Below, in pieces: positions 36,793 to 46,811 of a stretch of DNA of 61,478 bases. Positions within the stretch are counted from its first letter, which is position 1, and each line of letters starts with the position of its first letter. Under the pieces are notes generated by a model. It saw only the letters and a list, made by a program, of their open reading frames with translations. It did not search any database and had not been told where the DNA came from. Both the position numbers and the translations under genes were made by a program. Source of the stretch: an uncultured Arcobacter sp. Its GTDB lineage: Bacteria; Campylobacterota; Campylobacteria; Campylobacterales; Arcobacteraceae. The stretch covers positions 1-61,478 of the forward strand of contig CAZIES010000001.1 of the NCBI GenBank assembly GCA_964538295.1, in the 5' to 3' direction.

Positions 36793-37577
36793 TACGCAAC
36801 TCTCCCATCATTTATTTTATATTCAATAACTTGTGCAGTTGGTACATATCGCTCACCGTAGTTGTCTGCGTGATCCATACCAATTTTCATATAAGCTGCT
36901 AATGTAGCAAATCCTAAGATTAAGAAGAACCAAGTTAATATTTTCTTTAAAGATTTTAATTTAGCCCGTGTTGCTTTTGGATCATCACCGTCAAACCATC
37001 CCCATTTAACAGCAAGTCTATATAAACCGATAGTTCCGTGGAACTCAACAGCTAATAATAAAAGAATGTATAGTGGCCACATCCACTCTGACCAAACTCT
37101 ATCTGCTGATGCGTATGGACCAATAGCATCTGAGCTTGTCATAATAATGTAAAGGTGAATAGAACCTAAGAAGAACATTGCAAACCCAGTAAAGGCCTGT
37201 GTAAACCATAGTTTAGTGTCTTCATGTCCCATATTTTCAGCATGTGCTTTCATTACTTGATACTGTTTAAAGCTTCCTGGTAATTTTCTCATTCCCATTG
37301 CAGCATGGGTAATAAAGATAATAAAAATCACTAATGCAGCAATTGATACTAATAGAGGGCTTCCTCCATCAAAAATGAAACTTGCTTCTAAGAATTTTGT
37401 AACACTATACATAAAATCTTTACTTACAAGAATAGACGATACTAATAACATATGTCCCCACATAAAAAGACCTAGAATTAAACCAGTGGCACTTTGAATA
37501 TAATCAAGCTTTGCTGGAACTCTACTCTTTTTTCTCTCAACAGTCTTTCCTAAATAACCTTCGATTAGGTCACTCAT
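36792..37577 (-). CDS. frdC: Fumarate reductase dihaem cytochrome b subunit
   Basis: 5-TM protein of 261 aa from the ATG at 37577 (SD AAAGGA). The size and position (frdC-A-B order) match the type-B Wolinella enzyme. The 40-codon upstream extension in the ORF track has no SD. Confidence 0.88.
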   Translation of the reverse strand: MSDLIEGYLGKTVERKKSRVPAKLDYIQSATGLILGLFMWGHMLLVSSILVSKDFMYSVTKFLEASFIFDGGSPLLVSIAALVIFIIFITHAAMGMRKLPGSFKQYQVMKAHAENMGHEDTKLWFTQAFTGFAMFFLGSIHLYIIMTSSDAIGPYASADRVWSEWMWPLYILLLLAVEFHGTIGLYRLAVKWGWFDGDDPKATRAKLKSLKKILTWFFLILGFATLAAYMKIGMDHADNYGERYVPTAQVIEYKINDGRVA

Positions 37578-37750
37578 ATGACATCCTTTCTCATGAATTT
37601 TTTTACCAAAGCAAATAAAAAATTTTATTAAATCTTTTATTTGGTTTGGATCCTTAGTTAACGTAGCGATAGTATAGCTAAATAGGGCTTCAATCATAGT
37701 ATAAATTTATGTATAAATTATGTAGATAGGTGTACAACTTTTGTACATAT

Positions 37751-37778
37751 AAAAGAAAAAAGCCCACATTAGTGGGCT
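37751..37778 (-). terminator. Rho-independent terminator of the nuo operon
   Basis: agcccac-atta-gtgggct (37761-37778). On the minus strand it is followed by UUUUUCUUUU. It lies 70 nt after the nuoN stop. Confidence 0.8.
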
Positions 37779-37847
37779 TTCAAAAAATATTAAGTTTTAC
37801 AAAATAGTGTATAAAATGAATAAGTATTTGTTACTTAATAACACATT

Positions 37848-39365
37848 TTATTTAATAAACAGTGACTCCACTGCTAACTTAGAAACTTCGATAATAGCGT
37901 CAATATTTGGAATTGGTACAAAGAATACAATGGCACTACCAATACCACCCCAAAGGATCAGTGCAGCTACTAAAGCAATCACATAAGTAGAGATTCGTTT
38001 ATCATTAAAGGTTTGACTGACACACTCCTCTTTTGTTGGATAAAAGTACATCATTGCAATGAGTTTAAAGTAGTAGTATACTGACACAAAGGTTGCAATA
38101 ATTGCTAATACTGTTAAGCTTACAAAACCAGCGTTAATTGCTTCAGTAAAGACGTAAAATTTTCCAATAAATCCAATGGTTGAAGGAATCCCTGCAAGAG
38201 AAAATAGGAAAATAGTCATAGAGGCAGCCAAGAATGGACGTTCGTGGGCTAAACCTTTAAAATCATCGTATGTAACACGTACCTTTGTTTCAGAAATAAT
38301 ATGTGATACTAAACCAAAAGCTCCAATTGCTGATAATAGATATGCAATTAAATAAAACATTGTAGCATAAGCACTAGCAATATTTTGTCCAATGGCTAAG
38401 AAGGCAATAAGTAAATAACCTGTATGAACAATTGATGATGCTGCTAACATTCTTTTTACAATCGTTTGTGATAGGGCTAACCATGTACCAATAGCAAGCG
38501 TGAAGACAGCAAGTACATAAACGATGCTATCCCAGTAGTCAATTAAGGTTGTAAAGTCTTGTAGAAAGGCCCGTAAGAAAAGTGAAAAAATTGCAATTTT
38601 AAATGTTGATGCCATGTAGGCTGTAACTAACATTGGTGCCCCACGATAAACATCTAATACCCATGATTGGAATGGGAAAGCTGCAATTTTGAATAAAAAT
38701 GTAAACAGTAGTAATGTAATACCAATATAAACTAATGCTAAATCACCATTTTGGTTTGCATTGATAAAGGTTGCAATATCATTAAAGTTTGTACTTCCTG
38801 TTGCTCCAAAAATTAATACGGTTCCTAGAAGGTAAAAACCTCCAATAAATGAACCTAATACTAAGTATTTAAAAATTGCTTCAACTCTTTTATTATCTTC
38901 AGTGTTAAACCCAACCATGATATATACTGCAAATGATGCAATCTCTAAAGCTACAAAAGCAGTAATAAGCTCATTTGCATGGGCTAATACCATCATACCA
39001 AACAGAGCAAACATAATAATTGCGAAAAACTCACCTTTAAAGTAAGCGTGGTCTTGGAAATAGTGTTCTCCAATTAAAATCACAAGTAGAGTACCCGCAA
39101 TTAAAAGTAGGTTAAAGAAGTTTGCATAGGTATCAAAAATTAAAACGTTGTTAAACAAATCGTTGTAAGGTCTATTACTAAATAGTTCACCAAAATCTGC
39201 TATTGTAAATCCTAAAGCTATAAGTAAAAACAGCGATGAAGTATAGATAAAATGTTTAATCTTGAACTTGTCGTACATAGACATAAACATTAAAACAATT
39301 GCTGCTGTTAGAACTGTTAACGTTGGCACAAAATAGTATAAATCACCATAGAATAAATCAGCCAT
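37848..39365 (-). CDS. nuoN: NADH-quinone oxidoreductase subunit N
   Basis: 505-aa, roughly 14-TM antiporter-like protein, last gene in the L-M-N order. Its start overlaps the nuoM stop. Confidence 0.92.
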   Translation of the reverse strand: MADLFYGDLYYFVPTLTVLTAAIVLMFMSMYDKFKIKHFIYTSSLFLLIALGFTIADFGELFSNRPYNDLFNNVLIFDTYANFFNLLLIAGTLLVILIGEHYFQDHAYFKGEFFAIIMFALFGMMVLAHANELITAFVALEIASFAVYIMVGFNTEDNKRVEAIFKYLVLGSFIGGFYLLGTVLIFGATGSTNFNDIATFINANQNGDLALVYIGITLLLFTFLFKIAAFPFQSWVLDVYRGAPMLVTAYMASTFKIAIFSLFLRAFLQDFTTLIDYWDSIVYVLAVFTLAIGTWLALSQTIVKRMLAASSIVHTGYLLIAFLAIGQNIASAYATMFYLIAYLLSAIGAFGLVSHIISETKVRVTYDDFKGLAHERPFLAASMTIFLFSLAGIPSTIGFIGKFYVFTEAINAGFVSLTVLAIIATFVSVYYYFKLIAMMYFYPTKEECVSQTFNDKRISTYVIALVAALILWGGIGSAIVFFVPIPNIDAIIEVSKLAVESLFIK

Positions 39366-40849
39366 TATTTCATCGCTCCAATTTTTAAAATATCATTTAA
39401 GTAATGCGTAACTGTAGGTTCAAATTTATCAATGAACACATCAGGATAGATACCCATTAAGAAGACTAAAACAACCCAAGGTGCTAAACCAATAATCTCT
39501 TTAATCTTTAAATCTCTCATTTGTAATTCAACGCCATCTTCACGTTTTTGTAAGATTGCTCTTTGAAACATCCATAACATATAAGAAGCTCCAATAATTA
39601 CTGTTAGTGCAGAGATATAACCTAAAGTGTGATTAAACTCATAAATACCAAAAATAATTAGTAATTCAGATACAAATCCATTGGTACCAGGTAGTCCTAC
39701 ATTGGCAAAAAGCATTACTGCAAAAACAAAAGTTAAAATAGGTGTTTTTTTAGCTATTCCACCTAAATCTTTAATGGTTTTAAATCCAGTTTCATCATGA
39801 ATAAGTCCAACGAGTAAGAAAAGAGCTCCTGTTGCAATGGCATGGGCAATGATTAAATAAAGCGCTCCATTAATACCATACGCATTTAAGGAGAAGATAC
39901 CTGCAGCAATAAAACTTAAGTGTGATGCCGATGAGTAAGCAAACATTCGTTTGATGTCATCTTGCATAAGTGCAGCAATACCAAAATAAATAAGTCCAAA
40001 TAGCCCAATAAACACAAACCACGCGGAGAATTCTACATAAATCTCAGGAAAAATTGGAATCATAAATCTAACGATTGCATAAACCCCAAGTTTTGCCATA
40101 ATTGATGATAATAAGAATACTGCTCCTGTTGGTGCATTTTTATAAGTCTCCATAATCCACGTGTGAAGTGGAAAAATAGGAATTTTAATACCAAATGCAA
40201 TAACAAAGGCTAAGAATAACCAAATTTGTTCACTATAGCTTAGTGTTGTTATTTTGGTTAATTCATTATATTGAAATGACCAATGTCCAAATTCATTAAA
40301 GAATGAAACCCCAAGATAGAGAATAGATACAAACATTAAAAGTGAACCAGCCATTGTATAGATGGTTACTTTTATTGTTGTAAAGACTTTATCTCCAAAA
40401 CCATTAATACCAATCATTAAGAAAACAGGTAAAAGCATTACTTCCCAGAAGAAGTAAAATAGGATAACATCTAAGGATAAAAGTGTACCCGTAACACCTG
40501 TTTGTACTAAAAGCATATTTAACCAATACCCTTTAGTTCGACCTTCCCAAAGAAGTAAGTAGGCAGTTGGAATTAAAATAGCAATCATCATTAAAATAGT
40601 TAATGAAAACCCATCAACTCCAATGTAGTAGTTAATTCCATATTCACTAATCCACGGAACATTTGTCACAAACTGCATTCCTGTTTGTGGTTCAAACTCT
40701 AAATAGATTTTTAATACAAGTACTAAAATAACAGACGTTGTTAAAAAGGCAATATTACGTACTGCCTCAACATTTTTAGTTGTAACCATTAAACCAAAAG
40801 CAACAACTGCAGGTAAAAATATAATAAATGATAATATATCTGCACTCAT
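39365..40849 (-). CDS. nuoM: NADH-quinone oxidoreductase subunit M
   Basis: 494-aa antiporter-like subunit ([36 protein letters not shown] motifs). Confidence 0.94.
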   Translation of the reverse strand: MSADILSFIIFLPAVVAFGLMVTTKNVEAVRNIAFLTTSVILVLVLKIYLEFEPQTGMQFVTNVPWISEYGINYYIGVDGFSLTILMMIAILIPTAYLLLWEGRTKGYWLNMLLVQTGVTGTLLSLDVILFYFFWEVMLLPVFLMIGINGFGDKVFTTIKVTIYTMAGSLLMFVSILYLGVSFFNEFGHWSFQYNELTKITTLSYSEQIWLFLAFVIAFGIKIPIFPLHTWIMETYKNAPTGAVFLLSSIMAKLGVYAIVRFMIPIFPEIYVEFSAWFVFIGLFGLIYFGIAALMQDDIKRMFAYSSASHLSFIAAGIFSLNAYGINGALYLIIAHAIATGALFLLVGLIHDETGFKTIKDLGGIAKKTPILTFVFAVMLFANVGLPGTNGFVSELLIIFGIYEFNHTLGYISALTVIIGASYMLWMFQRAILQKREDGVELQMRDLKIKEIIGLAPWVVLVFLMGIYPDVFIDKFEPTVTHYLNDILKIGAMK

Positions 40850-40850
40850 A

Positions 40851-42737
40851 TTATAATCCTAATGAAATATATAAATAGACAAAGATACAACTCATACCAA
40901 TTAGCATGAAGGTTGCATAGAATCTAACATTTGAATTTTGTGATGTTGACACTTTTTGACCAACGTTAATAAACTCATTACACACACCCATGATAAATCC
41001 ATCAATAATTTTCATATCAAGAACTTTATCAATAAAGGTTGATAATTTTTTTGTACTTTGAACAAAAATTTTGTCATAGGCTTCATCAACATAAAACTTA
41101 TTGCCAATGAGTCCATCTTCGCTTTCTGGTTGATAAACATCATATTTTGCATACTTTTTATAAGCAGTATAAATACCAGCTGCAGCAACAACAATTGAAG
41201 CAATCATTAAGATATATTCTGTTGCATGTGACATATGAATCTTTTCAGAGTTGAGTTGTGCTAACCACATGTCAACTCGTGCTTCACCACCAAAGATTGC
41301 TGGGAAGTTTAAGAATCCTGCTAAAATAGCTCCAATTGATAACACTAACATAGGTAGAGTTACTGTTTTTGGAGAGTATTGATATTGTGCAATTTTTTTG
41401 TTTGGTGCAACAAAAAGAATGAAGTACATTCTAAACATATAAAAGGCAGTTAAAAATGCTGTTCCCATTCCAATTAACCAGATTAAGTATTGTCCCTCTT
41501 GGAAGGCTGCTGCTAAGATGGCATCCTTAGAGAAGAATCCAGAAAATGGAGGAATACCAGAAATTGCAATGACACCCACTAACATACAAAATGAGATAAT
41601 TGGTAATTGAACTCGGTGTTGCGCCATCTTAAAGATATTTTGCTCATGATGCAGTGCCATAATCATACCACCAGCACCCATGAAGAGCATTGCTTTGAAG
41701 AATGCGTGGGTAAATACGTGGAACAATCCAGAAGAGTAGAACCCTAATCCAACCCCAATAAACATGTATCCTAATTGTGACATGGTTGAGTAAGCTAAAA
41801 TCTTTTTAATATCTTGTTGTCGTGTTGCAATAATTGCAGCAAGTAGTGCTGAAAATGCACCAATATAAGCAATGAAAGTACCAATCTCTTCAATACCTGT
41901 GTATAAAAAGTGAAACCTTGCAACCATATAAACACCAGCTGTTACCATCGTTGCAGCGTGAATTAGTGCTGAAATTGGTGTTGGTCCTGCCATGGCATCT
42001 GGAAGCCAAGTATATAAAGGAATCTGTGCAGATTTACCCATAGCTCCAACAAACAATAAAATACCAGAGAGTACTAAAAGCTCAGTTGAGGCATTTGCTA
42101 AATTTGCTTCAATTGAAGTAAATGATAAGTTTCCTTGACCAATGGCAAAGAATAGTGTAATAACACCTAATATAAACCCAAAATCACCCACACGGTTAAC
42201 AATAAATGCTTTATTACCTGCCATAACATTTTCTGGGTTGTCATAGTAAAATTTAATTAAAAGGTATGAACAAACTCCAACACCTTCCCAACCAATAAAG
42301 AGAATAATTGGGTTATCTGCAAGTACAAGGATTAACATTGATGCTAAGAAGAGGTTAAAATAAGCAAAAAATTTACCAAATCCTTTATCTTTGTCCATGT
42401 AACCCACTGCATAGATATGGATTAACCATCCAACAAAGGTAACAAACATTGACATAAAAATTGAGAGGTTATCTCCTAAAAGCTTCATCTCAATGGTTAA
42501 CTCATCTACTTTTAACCAAGTAAATAGGTTTTGTGAATAGGTTGCTCCTGTACTTTGCATCTCTATAAAGAGTGCTAATGTAAATAAAAATGCAATAAAA
42601 GGAGTAACTGTACCAATCCATGCAAAGACATTTTGAGAGAGTTCTCTCTTTTTTATATTATAAAAATAGAGACCACCATTTAAAATTGCACCTAGAAGTG
42701 GAGCTAAAATTATAAAAACTAAAAGATTAGTATGCAT
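40851..42737 (-). CDS. nuoL: NADH-quinone oxidoreductase subunit L
   Basis: 628 aa. GWEGVGVCSYLLI, PLYTWLPDAMAGPTPISALIHAATMVTAGVY, and the C-terminal lateral-helix region. Confidence 0.95.
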   Translation of the reverse strand: MHTNLLVFIILAPLLGAILNGGLYFYNIKKRELSQNVFAWIGTVTPFIAFLFTLALFIEMQSTGATYSQNLFTWLKVDELTIEMKLLGDNLSIFMSMFVTFVGWLIHIYAVGYMDKDKGFGKFFAYFNLFLASMLILVLADNPIILFIGWEGVGVCSYLLIKFYYDNPENVMAGNKAFIVNRVGDFGFILGVITLFFAIGQGNLSFTSIEANLANASTELLVLSGILLFVGAMGKSAQIPLYTWLPDAMAGPTPISALIHAATMVTAGVYMVARFHFLYTGIEEIGTFIAYIGAFSALLAAIIATRQQDIKKILAYSTMSQLGYMFIGVGLGFYSSGLFHVFTHAFFKAMLFMGAGGMIMALHHEQNIFKMAQHRVQLPIISFCMLVGVIAISGIPPFSGFFSKDAILAAAFQEGQYLIWLIGMGTAFLTAFYMFRMYFILFVAPNKKIAQYQYSPKTVTLPMLVLSIGAILAGFLNFPAIFGGEARVDMWLAQLNSEKIHMSHATEYILMIASIVVAAAGIYTAYKKYAKYDVYQPESEDGLIGNKFYVDEAYDKIFVQSTKKLSTFIDKVLDMKIIDGFIMGVCNEFINVGQKVSTSQNSNVRFYATFMLIGMSCIFVYLYISLGL

Positions 42738-43048
42738 TATTTACCTCCTTGTCTAAGTGTTGTGAAAATATCTGTATCAAGAGATCTTTTTGATCTAAAG
42801 AGTAAAATGATTACAGATAAGAAAATTGCTGCTTCAGCAGCTGCAATTGCAATAACCATAATTGAGATAACTTGCGCATCCATATTAAAGTGGTAACGTG
42901 CAAAGGTCATTAAAAAGAGGTTAATTCCATTTAGCATCAATTCAATTGACATATAAATAACAAAGATATTTCTTCTTGCAATGACACCAATAACACCTAA
43001 TGAAAATAAAATCATTGAAACTGCTGCATAAGATGTAAGTGTAATCAT
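42737..43048 (-). CDS. nuoK: NADH-quinone oxidoreductase subunit K
   Basis: 103-aa 3-TM protein with ELMLNGINL and AAAEAAI motifs. Confidence 0.93.
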   Translation of the reverse strand: MITLTSYAAVSMILFSLGVIGVIARRNIFVIYMSIELMLNGINLFLMTFARYHFNMDAQVISIMVIAIAAAEAAIFLSVIILLFRSKRSLDTDIFTTLRQGGK

Positions 43049-43569
43049 GCTTGACCCCTTGTTTTCTTTCTTTTAACTAAGACTACAGCACCTAAAAGTG
43101 CCACTAGAAGTAGAATAGAGATAAGCTCAAATGATACAAGCCAGTTATTATATAGTGTCATACCTACACCTTTGATTCCACCAAAAGTACTCTCTTCTTC
43201 AACAATTGATAAATCAGCATCAGGTAAGTTTGATACAGCTTTAATAATTAAAATATTAATAGGCAACATTAAAATTGCGCCAAACCCAATAAATTTAATT
43301 TTATTTGGTTCTTCTGGTAAATCTTTTTCTCCAATGTTAAGAAACATTAGGATGAAAAGGATCAGTGTCATAATTGCACCTGCATAAACAATGATTTGAA
43401 CCATGAATAAAAATGCAGCACTTAAAAGTGCAAACAGCCCAGCCACAGCTAGAATAGAAATAAGTAAACCAAGTGCGCTGTACATTGGATTTCTATATGC
43501 AAGCATAGCAACACCACCTGCGATGGCAAGTGCAGAAAGTGCTAAAAACATAAAATCAATCATTATCAA
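43045..43569 (-). CDS. nuoJ: NADH-quinone oxidoreductase subunit J
   Basis: 174 aa. RNPMYSALGLL...QIIVYAGAIMTLILF is typical of NuoJ. Confidence 0.9.
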   Translation of the reverse strand: MIMIDFMFLALSALAIAGGVAMLAYRNPMYSALGLLISILAVAGLFALLSAAFLFMVQIIVYAGAIMTLILFILMFLNIGEKDLPEEPNKIKFIGFGAILMLPINILIIKAVSNLPDADLSIVEEESTFGGIKGVGMTLYNNWLVSFELISILLLVALLGAVVLVKRKKTRGQA

Positions 43570-44062
43570 AATCCTTTGATCTTTCGTTATTCATTAAATA
43601 CTCTTTATCAACTAAAAATTCTTCTCGCTTACTTGCAGTGAAACTAAAGATTCCAGTATCCATTCGAATGGCATCACAAGGACATGCTTCAACACAGTAT
43701 CCACAATACACACACTCTAATAAATCAATTTTAAATTGTTTTGGTCGCTTCTCAGCAACTTCGTCAAATCGCTCTTCAGCTTCAATGAAAATACATTGAG
43801 CAGGACAAGCTGTTGCACACATATAACATGCTACACACTTTTCACTTCCATCGTCCCATTTGGTCAATCTATGAACACCTCTATATCGTTCATCAATATC
43901 ACTAGGTTGAACCTCAGGATATTGCATAGTTCGAAGATTTGATGTGTCTTTTAAATTCTTTGTAAAGTGACCAATTGTTGTTTTCATACCACCAACAATA
44001 GCTGGTATGTAAAGTTTATCTTTGAAGCTTTGTCCTCTTCTTTTAACTATCTTAATACCCAT
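43556..44062 (-). CDS. nuoI: NADH-quinone oxidoreductase subunit I
   Basis: Two ferredoxin-type motifs, CVACYMCATACP and CVYCGYCVEACP. Confidence 0.95.
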   Translation of the reverse strand: MGIKIVKRRGQSFKDKLYIPAIVGGMKTTIGHFTKNLKDTSNLRTMQYPEVQPSDIDERYRGVHRLTKWDDGSEKCVACYMCATACPAQCIFIEAEERFDEVAEKRPKQFKIDLLECVYCGYCVEACPCDAIRMDTGIFSFTASKREEFLVDKEYLMNNERSKDFDND

Positions 44063-44064
44063 AA

Positions 44065-45348
44065 TTATAATCCTAAATACACAATTACTGATGCAGTAAT
44101 AAAAATATTAAATAGTGCTAATGGTAATAAAATTTTCCATCCTAACATCTGTAATTGGTCATATCTAAATCGCAGTAGTGTCCATCTAACCCACATGAAA
44201 ACTAAAACCATCATAAAAAATTTCACTAAAAAAGTACCAATCTGAATAACCGCAACAGCAATTGAAGCGCCATTTGCTCCAAGACCTGATACTAACAATA
44301 ACCCAAGTGCAGCAACAGTTAATCCTGCAATTACCCAAAATGCTGGGATAAGAATTTTTGTTTCACGAGCACGAATATCATTTTCATCTTCCCATTGGTT
44401 ATTTTTCTTCATCCATTTTGTTAAAACAAATACTTTTAAAGGTACTAAAATCATGATGGCAATCATCACAATGTCAATGTTTGCTTTTAGTGTTGCAGTA
44501 TCTAACCAAGGAATATGATAACCACCAAAAAATAGGGTTACGATGATTGCAGATGCTCCTGCCATTGCAGCAAATTCTGATACTTGGAAAAGTCCAAATC
44601 GCATTGCTGAATACTCAGTGTGGTAACCAGCAACGATTTCAGATTCACCTTCAGCAATATCAAATGGTGTTCTGTTGGTTTCTGCAAAAATACATACAAT
44701 AAAAATTAGTGCTGCTAAAGGTTGCATTACAACACCCCACGCTGGAATAAATCCAAAGAGTAATTCCCCTTGAATATCAACCATATCACCTAAGTGAATG
44801 GTTCCATAAGTTAATAACATAGAGATAAGTGCTAATGCCATTGATGCTTCATATGAAATAACTTGAGCTGAAGAACGAATCGCACTTAAGAAACCATATT
44901 TACTATTTGATGCATAACCACCTAAAATAATTCCATATACAGAGAGTCCTGCAAAGGCTAAGAACCACATCATTCCTAGCTGCATAGGTAGTGCTTGCAT
45001 TGGGTGTGCAACACCATCAATGACAATATCATCTGCAAATGGGATAACCGCAAAGGTTAAGAAGTAACAGATAAATACAATACCTGGTGCAATGGTAAAG
45101 AAGAAGGTGTGCTTAATATGGGCAGGAGTAAAGTCTTCTTTAAAAACAAGCTTTAACATATCTGCGATACTTTGTATTAGTCCACCTAACCTCATTGGTC
45201 CAATATTACATCGGTTTGGACCAGTTCTATCTTGTATAAATCCTGCAACTCTTCGCTCCCACCATACAAACACAGGGGTGAGCCCAACTGCAAGGACTAC
45301 AGCTAAAAGTATATTAACAATAATAACTACAATTGATGCTGTACTCAT
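44065..45348 (-). CDS. nuoH: NADH-quinone oxidoreductase subunit H (about 427 aa, carries an internal insertion)
   Basis: ERRVAGFIQDRTGPNR, FAETNRTPFDIAEGESEIVAGYHTEYS and RFRYDQLQMLGWK are canonical. An extra block of about 70-80 aa sits between GGYHIPW and the penultimate conserved helix. Confidence 0.93.
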   Translation of the reverse strand: MSTASIVVIIVNILLAVVLAVGLTPVFVWWERRVAGFIQDRTGPNRCNIGPMRLGGLIQSIADMLKLVFKEDFTPAHIKHTFFFTIAPGIVFICYFLTFAVIPFADDIVIDGVAHPMQALPMQLGMMWFLAFAGLSVYGIILGGYASNSKYGFLSAIRSSAQVISYEASMALALISMLLTYGTIHLGDMVDIQGELLFGFIPAWGVVMQPLAALIFIVCIFAETNRTPFDIAEGESEIVAGYHTEYSAMRFGLFQVSEFAAMAGASAIIVTLFFGGYHIPWLDTATLKANIDIVMIAIMILVPLKVFVLTKWMKKNNQWEDENDIRARETKILIPAFWVIAGLTVAALGLLLVSGLGANGASIAVAVIQIGTFLVKFFMMVLVFMWVRWTLLRFRYDQLQMLGWKILLPLALFNIFITASVIVYLGL

Positions 45349-46781
45349 ATATTTCCTTTTTCTAACATTGTTTTAATTGTCTCCAAGAGTGTTGTAACAT
45401 TTTCACATGGATTATCTCGGTTAATTCCTGAGATAACTTTTTGTTTGATGCCATCGCAATTAATATAAGTTCCACTTTTTTCATAAAATGATGCCAGTGG
45501 AATAGCAACAGCAGAATTTTGTGCTGTTGTTGTGTTGTGTGAAAAACACGAGATTACTTTTTTACCATTAAGTAATGCTAGGTTTTCGTCAAAGTAGTTG
45601 TTATCAAAAACTACTACTAATGAAGCAGTCTCTAAATAGTCTTTAAATTCTTTTTCATCTTCACTAATACTAGCTTCTTTAAATGAAGCTCGGTTAGCAC
45701 TCTTATCGTTTCGTTTTAAGTAATCATCTCCAAATGACTCATCAAAGTATTGTGGAGAGTATCCTGAAATATTTGCTTGGGTAAAGTCTGCAAAAGTTTT
45801 TAAGTTTTGTAACTCTTCTAAACAAAGATTTGGAGAAACTACAAATAGTGCATTCTCATTTTTTACAACTTCTTGATAAAGTGCTGCAATTGCGTTATCT
45901 GTTAGCACTTTTTCTTTATTGATCGTGGCAGTTGTTAGCCTATTTTCACCTTCATTTTTGTATGAAAGTCTTCCATGATCACACATGAAGTAACCATTGA
46001 CATCATCGTTAAATCGTGGTCTAAATCTAAAGATTTGATCATCTTGATACTTCTCTTTTCGGTGGTCAACTTCAATATTACACCCTTTAGAACATCCATT
46101 ACAAATGGCATTAAAAGATTCCATAAACCAAACACGTTGTTTGAATCTGAAGTCTTTATTTGTTAAAGCACCAACAGGACATAAGTCAACAACATTCATT
46201 GCATAGGGATTATCAAGTGGTCGACCTGGAAAAATATCAATAACACTGTGGTCAGCTCGACTCATAACACCAAGCTCACCTGTACCAGTTATCTCTTTAC
46301 AAAATCTTACACATCGTGTACAAAGAACACATCGTTCTTGGTCTAACATGACGTTAGAACCTAAATCAGTTCTTTTTCGTGCATGATTTTTAATATCTAA
46401 GTTTACACGTGAGTGGTAGAAACCACTCTCCATATAAAAGTCTTGTAATTTACATTCACCTGCTTGATCACATGTTGGACAGTCAATAGGGTGATTGACA
46501 AGTTGAAGCTCTAAAATATCACGACGTACTGCCATAATCTTTTCACTTTTGGTTCGTACAATCATACCCTCTTTGACTGGAGTGTCACAGGCAATTTGTG
46601 GTCTTTTTTGACCTTCGATTTCAACCATACACATTCGACAGTTTCCATCTTTTCCTAGTGCTTTGTGATAACAAAAATGAGGAATATGGATACCATCATC
46701 CAATAGTTTGTCGATTAGTAAGCTGCCTTTTTCGGCCTCCAATTCCTTATCATTAATTGTTAATTTAACCATTTCACTCAT
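45345..46781 (-). CDS. nuoG: NADH-quinone oxidoreductase subunit G, compact form (478 aa)
   Basis: N1b CYHKALGKDGNCRMCMVE, N5 HPIDCPTCDQAGEC, N4 CVLCTRCVRFC...CPVGAL. The C-terminal molybdopterin-like domain is much shorter than usual. ATGA overlap with nuoH. Confidence 0.88.
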   Translation of the reverse strand: MSEMVKLTINDKELEAEKGSLLIDKLLDDGIHIPHFCYHKALGKDGNCRMCMVEIEGQKRPQIACDTPVKEGMIVRTKSEKIMAVRRDILELQLVNHPIDCPTCDQAGECKLQDFYMESGFYHSRVNLDIKNHARKRTDLGSNVMLDQERCVLCTRCVRFCKEITGTGELGVMSRADHSVIDIFPGRPLDNPYAMNVVDLCPVGALTNKDFRFKQRVWFMESFNAICNGCSKGCNIEVDHRKEKYQDDQIFRFRPRFNDDVNGYFMCDHGRLSYKNEGENRLTTATINKEKVLTDNAIAALYQEVVKNENALFVVSPNLCLEELQNLKTFADFTQANISGYSPQYFDESFGDDYLKRNDKSANRASFKEASISEDEKEFKDYLETASLVVVFDNNYFDENLALLNGKKVISCFSHNTTTAQNSAVAIPLASFYEKSGTYINCDGIKQKVISGINRDNPCENVTTLLETIKTMLEKGNI

Positions 46782-46811
46782 TTAGTGTTATCTCCTTTGC
46801 ACTTGTATTAA

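Noticed and set aside
37578-37697. N-terminal extensions offered by the ORF track: frdC from 37697, folA from 1471, YtoQ from 14881, and the secreted protein from 58120.
   Set aside because: The internal ATGs (37577, 1525, 14860, 58132) have clear SD sequences and coincide with the start of family homology or of the signal peptide. The extensions lack an SD and lack homology.
45345-46781. Short nuoG as a truncated pseudogene.
   Set aside because: All Fe-S ligand motifs are intact. The ORF ends in a clean ATGA overlap with nuoH, and no out-of-frame continuation of NuoG-like sequence is visible. It is kept as a finding (compact NuoG) rather than called a pseudogene.
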